Positions 49,795 to 54,454 of a stretch of 54,454 nt of DNA are shown here, one piece after another. Made by a program: the position numbers and the translations under genes. Every line of letters begins with the position of its first letter. Position 1 is the first letter of the stretch. The stretch lies in the IMG/VR virus record IMGVR_UViG_3300025141_000124, positions 1 to 54,454 of that record. One strand, given 5' to 3'. Below the pieces are notes generated by a model. That model was not told the DNA's origin, ran no database searches, and saw nothing but the letters and a program-made list of their open reading frames with translations. Origin of the DNA: a virus. Taxonomy: Duplodnaviria > Caudoviricetes.

Positions 49795-51783
49795 TTAGGA
49801 AACAACATAAGGAAAACCATAGATTAAATCTGTGCGGTCCATTCTCTTCATGGCAATCCGCTGTCGGGTATAATGTCTAAAGAATAATTTATCTTTAGTT
49901 GTATTTAAAACTTCATATATAAATTCAACATCATTATTGAAATCAAATCTAACTATTAAATCGCGATCTCTAATAGCTGGGCTCGGAAGAGTCCAGCCTC
50001 CAGGCTCGTAGGCTTGCTCTAAGTGACTCTGGGCCCCTAGCTTTAAGTCTTCAAGCGTATCTCCAAATGAAACCATAACTCTTCCGTCACTTCTTCTTCT
50101 GTAGTTAAACTGAGCATAACCACCTTCATAGCCGGTTCCATAACATGTCTTACATGATTTGATCTTTGGATGCATTCTTCGCGGGTCTGAGCAACTACAG
50201 GTTGGCCCGTCCCATACACGTCTCAGAAGTATTGTTGGCTCTCCAACTTGATCTAGTAGAATTTCTTCTCTATTTAGCATTCTATCAAAAAGATTCATCC
50301 CTCTTGCGCCATTAAACTCTCCACCAAGATAGCTTCCGCAATCATCTAGGCCTTGAAGCGTTCTCTGGGGTAGAGATTTATGATATCCGCAGAAATCAAA
50401 CCCCTGAAAAAACATCTTATCATTATCAGAATAGTCAGTAACAACAAGGCCTGTTCCGTCTATTTCTCTGCCGCTCGAATACCCATCAACGAAGGTTGGC
50501 GTGCCCATAATTATTGATGTATTTTGATCTTGACATGAGAAAAATATATCTACAGAATCTCCCGCAACATAGATGCCGCGACTTGTTCCGTTGAGCCCGC
50601 GACCATTCGTCGGAAGCAAAAATGAAGTACTTGTCTTGCCTGTATATCTTATGACTTCTGCACTATTTAAAAATAAAATACCTGAAGTTGGATAGCCAGC
50701 AGTGGATGCAACATTGATGGTTGTATCAGCAGATAGAACCTGAGAAGCTATCGTCGTTCGACTTGGAATCAAATAAACTCCGTCAGCCTCCTCTGTCATG
50801 CCAGTTAGCTGAAGGTTATCCTTGAAAGTCTCCATTGCCCTAACCGCATATGATAACGTAATTCCCGGAGTTAATCCGGAGACATCAAAGTATTCAGCAG
50901 TTTTATCTGCAATATACTTTGGATTAGAGTCAAAAATATCTAGTCTTGATTCATTTTCATAAATTAATGCAAATGAATCGCCTTTATAAGATCTAGATAC
51001 AGGCTTGTTCCAGTAAACACGAAGCATATCTCCTCGCCCCATATTCAGAAGCTTCGAAATGCCTTGAGCATAACCAAGGAATTTAATCTGAGGGAATGTC
51101 GATGGAAGAATAGCTTCTGGCAAATCTACAGAATAAGAAAATCTACCAACTAAAGTGTTTCCGTTTAAATCACCTACTTCATATCTGATAATATATGGTC
51201 CATTTCTAAATGGCTCAGTAGGCTCTATTCTCACCGATGCTTTATTTGTGGTTTTAGTAATTACAGAAGAGCTTCCAGCAAATATTGTCTGAAAAACTCC
51301 GCTCAAAACAGCCGGAGCATCATTTATATATATATTTATTGAGGTCTGATCAATATCATCAATATCATCTGAAAATTGTAAGAATAAAACCTGATCTGAC
51401 TTTACTAAGGCGTTGGCAAGTGGAGAGCTTAGCTCCAGCTCTGGCTCAGCAGGAATCGTCTTAAATGTATATTCAAAATTATAAAAGGCATCTTCTAGAT
51501 TTTGGATCTGTATTTTAACAAGAACAACCTTTCCTTGTCCAAAATTAGCAATAGGGTCTATAACGAGATGAACTCCGGTAGAATCGCTTGTAATATCAGA
51601 GAATGCTCCGTCAAATTCTTCTTCAAAATCTAGATCTTGATAGGCTAAGCTTCCGCCAACCTCGATGACTAGTGAGGATAGATTTAAGCCAGTTCCATCA
51701 TCTAAAATGCTGAACTCTACTAGTGTGTTTAGAGAAACAGATTTTTCGCCTTCACTTGGCGATCTTCCAGATAAAGTTAGCAT
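49795..51783 (-). CDS. Head closure / neck protein with Cys4 motif, fused to N-terminal Ig-like and FN3-like domains, 662 aa
   Basis: C-terminal GEPTILLRR...CSC...CKTCYGTGYEGGY...IRDRDLIVR pattern as in head-closure proteins of large myoviruses; N-terminal repeated beta-sandwich pattern and W...Y...GLTPGITLSYAVRA FN3 pattern. Confidence 0.6.
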   Translation of the reverse strand: MLTLSGRSPSEGEKSVSLNTLVEFSILDDGTGLNLSSLVIEVGGSLAYQDLDFEEEFDGAFSDITSDSTGVHLVIDPIANFGQGKVVLVKIQIQNLEDAFYNFEYTFKTIPAEPELELSSPLANALVKSDQVLFLQFSDDIDDIDQTSINIYINDAPAVLSGVFQTIFAGSSSVITKTTNKASVRIEPTEPFRNGPYIIRYEVGDLNGNTLVGRFSYSVDLPEAILPSTFPQIKFLGYAQGISKLLNMGRGDMLRVYWNKPVSRSYKGDSFALIYENESRLDIFDSNPKYIADKTAEYFDVSGLTPGITLSYAVRAMETFKDNLQLTGMTEEADGVYLIPSRTTIASQVLSADTTINVASTAGYPTSGILFLNSAEVIRYTGKTSTSFLLPTNGRGLNGTSRGIYVAGDSVDIFFSCQDQNTSIIMGTPTFVDGYSSGREIDGTGLVVTDYSDNDKMFFQGFDFCGYHKSLPQRTLQGLDDCGSYLGGEFNGARGMNLFDRMLNREEILLDQVGEPTILLRRVWDGPTCSCSDPRRMHPKIKSCKTCYGTGYEGGYAQFNYRRRSDGRVMVSFGDTLEDLKLGAQSHLEQAYEPGGWTLPSPAIRDRDLIVRFDFNNDVEFIYEVLNTTKDKLFFRHYTRQRIAMKRMDRTDLIYGFPYVVS

Positions 51784-51808
51784 ATAGACCTCTTAAGTAT
51801 TCTTCTCT

Positions 51809-51815
51809 ATTAGTA
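51809..51815 (-). promoter_or_regulatory. Candidate late-promoter motif TACTAAT upstream of the head-closure gene
   Basis: Recurrent intergenic heptamer, 25 nt upstream of the ATG. Confidence 0.45.
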
Positions 51816-51830
51816 GAGCAATTTGGAGGT

Positions 51831-52343
51831 CTATTCAACCTCCATCATCAGCTCGTCTTTCTTATCTTTTCTTTCGGACTTTGGAACATCATGATGAGAT
51901 AGCAATCCATCAACATAATCTTCTACATTCTCCTTTCCGCGTTCTTCGGCATCGTATTTGATTTGCTTTTTAAACGCATCTTTCTCATTATCTCGATCAA
52001 GATAGTCTTGAGACTTGTCGCTCTTGTTATTTTTATTTCCAAAATTCTTTACATGCTGAGTTGCGTGAGTAAATTCGTGAATAACATATCTCATTCGAAT
52101 CTCATGCGGTTTACTTAATAGCTTTTTGCTGAGAATAATATTCCCATTAACCGTCTTTGCAGCCACATCCAGGTCTTCAAAAGAAATTGGTACTGATTTT
52201 GAAAACCATTCTCCAATATCATTTTCTCTACAAATTTCTTTTGCGATTGGATCGCTTTCAAGAGATGTCCTTATCTCCGATAATATCCTCATCCTTTTTA
52301 ATAATTTATTTTCTGGCTTTTCTTTTGCGTAAATAGTAAACAT
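51831..52343 (-). CDS. Putative zinc metallopeptidase (HExxH), 170 aa
   Basis: YVIHEFTHATQH plus downstream YLDRDNEKDAF (candidate third-ligand Glu). Confidence 0.65.
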   Translation of the reverse strand: MFTIYAKEKPENKLLKRMRILSEIRTSLESDPIAKEICRENDIGEWFSKSVPISFEDLDVAAKTVNGNIILSKKLLSKPHEIRMRYVIHEFTHATQHVKNFGNKNNKSDKSQDYLDRDNEKDAFKKQIKYDAEERGKENVEDYVDGLLSHHDVPKSERKDKKDELMMEVE

Positions 52344-52552
52344 TATTCTTTATTAAATAGTTCCTCTAAGGTTTCTGATTCGCTTTTTATAACTAAATCA
52401 GCAAGGAAAGATGTCTGTCTTAATGACGCAATCCGTTCTTCGGCCTGTTTAATTAGGCTTTCTAACCCTAATATTTCAAATTTAATTTCATCAGAACTTA
52501 CTGGTTTTGAAAATCCGCAATATTTCATTTCACAATTTTGAGGCTCTCTCAT
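52343..52552 (-). CDS. Hypothetical coiled-coil protein, 69 aa
   Basis: GGAG SD; its stop overlaps the next start (TAATG). Confidence 0.6.
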   Translation of the reverse strand: MREPQNCEMKYCGFSKPVSSDEIKFEILGLESLIKQAEERIASLRQTSFLADLVIKSESETLEELFNKE

Positions 52553-52650
52553 AGACTACTCCATATAAATATATTACCCTAAGAATGGATCTGCATAGTA
52601 TGATATATTATTAATATTTATATTAATAAATCATCAAAAGGATAGAATAT

Positions 52651-53325
52651 ATGCTTAAATTATCTAAAAATATTGAAGTTCCAGATGGGCTATATCCATG
52701 GCTTGAGAGAAATAGAAATAAATTAATTAATGAAATAGAAAACAAATATATTGATGCAGAAAGCGGATATTTAAATCAAATTGAGATTTCAGATAAAATA
52801 AAATTAATTAGACCATATAATAATGAAGAAATAGAAATACAAGTAATAATTGTACCGAAGGAAACCTTCGCAGAAAGGGGCTGGAGTATAAGGTATGATG
52901 GATATGCAGAGTCTATTCCTAAGGTTATTTGGTTAAACGCAGATAATTTACATCGTAAAATAAGATCTAGCGAATGGGACCGCTATATCAAGTATTTAAT
53001 GACTCATGAAGTAACCCATATTCTTGATCCAAAACTATATAAAAAAGAAGTTCCATCAACAGAGCATTTGCCCTATTACAATCGGCCGCATGAGTTTGAT
53101 GCTCATTCTGTTCAACTCTCAAGAGTGATCAGGGATAAGTATAGCCCAGAAAGGATACTGGAAATGCTTAGATCTAATGTATTAGAAATACACCCGAAGA
53201 GACATAAGGCGTTAGATGCATGGACTCTAGATCAGCTAAGAAAATTCAAAATTCGCCTGTACCAAGATATAATGAGAGATCTAGAAGAGACTAAGGAAGA
53301 ACAGATTATTTTCAAAGAAGAGTAA
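52651..53325 (+). CDS. Putative zinc metallopeptidase (HExxH), 224 aa; the only credible plus-strand gene
   Basis: YLMTHEVTHILD plus YYNRPHEFDAH; AAGGA SD; occupies a region with no long minus-strand ORF. Confidence 0.75.
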   Translation: MLKLSKNIEVPDGLYPWLERNRNKLINEIENKYIDAESGYLNQIEISDKIKLIRPYNNEEIEIQVIIVPKETFAERGWSIRYDGYAESIPKVIWLNADNLHRKIRSSEWDRYIKYLMTHEVTHILDPKLYKKEVPSTEHLPYYNRPHEFDAHSVQLSRVIRDKYSPERILEMLRSNVLEIHPKRHKALDAWTLDQLRKFKIRLYQDIMRDLEETKEEQIIFKEE

Positions 53326-54454
53326 TTTTATTTGCCTCTCTTCTAAAGCCGTTTGTGCGGAGCCACGCCTCAAGAGACTGGAGCTTATTTTCTTCGGGAG
53401 CTTCGTTATTTGGATTAAGATGATTTGGATTAAGATGTGCGTATTCAGGAAGCTTGTCTAAACCGTAATGAAAGAAGACGAAAGGATTTTTCTCTGCCAA
53501 ATTCTTTGCGGCAAGCATTGCAACCTCTGCGTATTCAGGAATCTTGTGTAGGCCGTAATAAAAGAAGTCTCTAGGACTTTTCTCTGCCCAATTCTTTGCG
53601 GCAAGCATTCCAAACTCTGCGTATTCAGAAATCTTATGTAGGCCGCGACGAAAGAAGTATTCAGGATTTTTCTCTGCCCGATTCTTTGCGGCAGGTATTC
53701 CAAACTCTGCGTATTTAGAAACCTTATGTAGGTCGTAATTAAAGAAGCCGAAAGGACTTTTCTCTGCCAAATTCTTTGCGGCAAGCATTGCAACCTCTGC
53801 GTATTCAGGATTCTTGTGTAGGCCGCGATCAAAGAAGTCTCTAGGACTTTCTGCCAAATTCTTTGCGGCAAGCATTGCAACCTCTGCGTATTCAGGAATC
53901 TTATGTAGGCCGCGATAAAAGAAGTATTCAGGATTTTCCTCTGCCCGATTCTTTGCGGCAGGTATTCCAAACTCTGCGTATTCAGAAATCTTATGTAGGT
54001 CGTGATGAAAGAAGGATTCAGGTCTTCTCTCTGCCAAATTCTTTGCGATAGGCCTTCCCAACTCTGGATAGCTTTCTTGAAGCTTATTGCTAAGGAAGAA
54101 ATAAGACTCGTCTTCTGCCAAGCGTTCTGCGGTGTATCTTCCAAACTCCACAAAATTTGAGATCAAATGCAGACCATAACCAAATGCTACTCCAGGGTCT
54201 CTGTTGAACAACTCATAAACGGCTCGCTGCATCCAAGGCTCTTTTTTATAAATCTTCGAAGTTTCGTGCTCTTCGTTGAAGTTAAATATAATGCTTATAT
54301 TATTTCTGGTGTACTGCTCCGCATAATACTTGGCAACAGGTGCCACTAACTCTTTATATTTCTTTCCAAATCCAGATGAAATAATGAGTTCATCCTTAGT
54401 TTTTATTTTTTCTAAAATATCAGAATCAAGCTCAGGAATTCCATTACGGAACCA
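53312..54454 (-). CDS. Helical tandem-repeat protein (30-aa units), 5'-truncated at the window edge
   Basis: The frame stays open beyond the track's GTG start at 54346 to the edge (WFRNGIPELDSDILEKIK...KYKELVAPV); seven near-identical repeats with two degenerate ones upstream. Confidence 0.85.
   Translation of the reverse strand, partial: WFRNGIPELDSDILEKIKTKDELIISSGFGKKYKELVAPVAKYYAEQYTRNNISIIFNFNEEHETSKIYKKEPWMQRAVYELFNRDPGVAFGYGLHLISNFVEFGRYTAERLAEDESYFFLSNKLQESYPELGRPIAKNLAERRPESFFHHDLHKISEYAEFGIPAAKNRAEENPEYFFYRGLHKIPEYAEVAMLAAKNLAESPRDFFDRGLHKNPEYAEVAMLAAKNLAEKSPFGFFNYDLHKVSKYAEFGIPAAKNRAEKNPEYFFRRGLHKISEYAEFGMLAAKNWAEKSPRDFFYYGLHKIPEYAEVAMLAAKNLAEKNPFVFFHYGLDKLPEYAHLNPNHLNPNNEAPEENKLQSLEAWLRTNGFRREANKITLL
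53408..53437 (-). repeat. Exact 15-bp duplication encoding HLNPN x2
   Basis: ATTTGGATTAAGATG twice in tandem at the end of the repeat array. Confidence 0.9.
53438..54046 (-). repeat. 90-bp coding tandem repeat, about 6.8 copies (one unit is 87 bp)
   Basis: Consensus AKNxAEKxPxxFFxx(G/D)LHKI(P/S)EYAE(FGIP/VAML)A, read from DNA and protein. Confidence 0.95.

Noticed and set aside
2804-49798. The many 60-140 aa plus-strand ORFs and short nested minus-strand ORFs in the track
   Set aside because: They lie antisense to or inside long coherent genes and have the Ser/Ile/Leu/Pro-rich composition expected of antisense shadows.
53438-54046. CRISPR array
   Set aside because: Whole 90-bp units are similar along their length and encode a continuous protein; no unique spacers and no cas genes.
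53458-54153. 231-aa alternative-frame ORF on the minus strand
   Set aside because: Shadow of the 90-bp repeat: a stop-free unit stays open when repeated. No SD or independent evidence.
1-54454. Eukaryotic giant virus origin
   Set aside because: Sheath/tube/baseplate operon, SD motifs, coupled genes and an intrinsic terminator indicate a prokaryotic virus; only one domain looks giant-virus-like.
1-54454. Stop-codon reassignment, introns or inteins
   Set aside because: Very long ORFs are intact in the standard code, TAA, TAG and TGA all end genes, and no intein or homing-endonuclease motifs were noticed.

Overview
The window is a nearly all minus-strand virion morphogenesis operon of a very large, probably uncultured, contractile-tailed (myovirus-type) bacteriophage. 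It uses the standard genetic code, and GGAG-type Shine-Dalgarno sites point to a bacterial host. In transcription order (right to left) it encodes: a 5'-truncated 30-aa tandem-repeat protein; two HExxH peptidases; an Ig-like/head-closure fusion; a small membrane-protein cluster (holin/spanin-like); two paralogous beta-helix appendage/tailspike proteins; tail completion protein; a 1092-aa sheath; tail tube; tail assembly chaperone with a clear -1 programmed frameshift; tape measure; tube initiator; a 1687-aa hub; spike; a 2521-aa protein with a long hydrophobic block; gp25-like and J-like wedge proteins; and a >3073-aa gpI/gp7-like LamG protein. The ORF track missed that last gene, which runs off the left edge in a perfect (PGGEG)n repeat. 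All product calls come from motifs and gene order read by eye, with no database searches. No capsid, terminase, tRNA, CRISPR or mobile element was seen.
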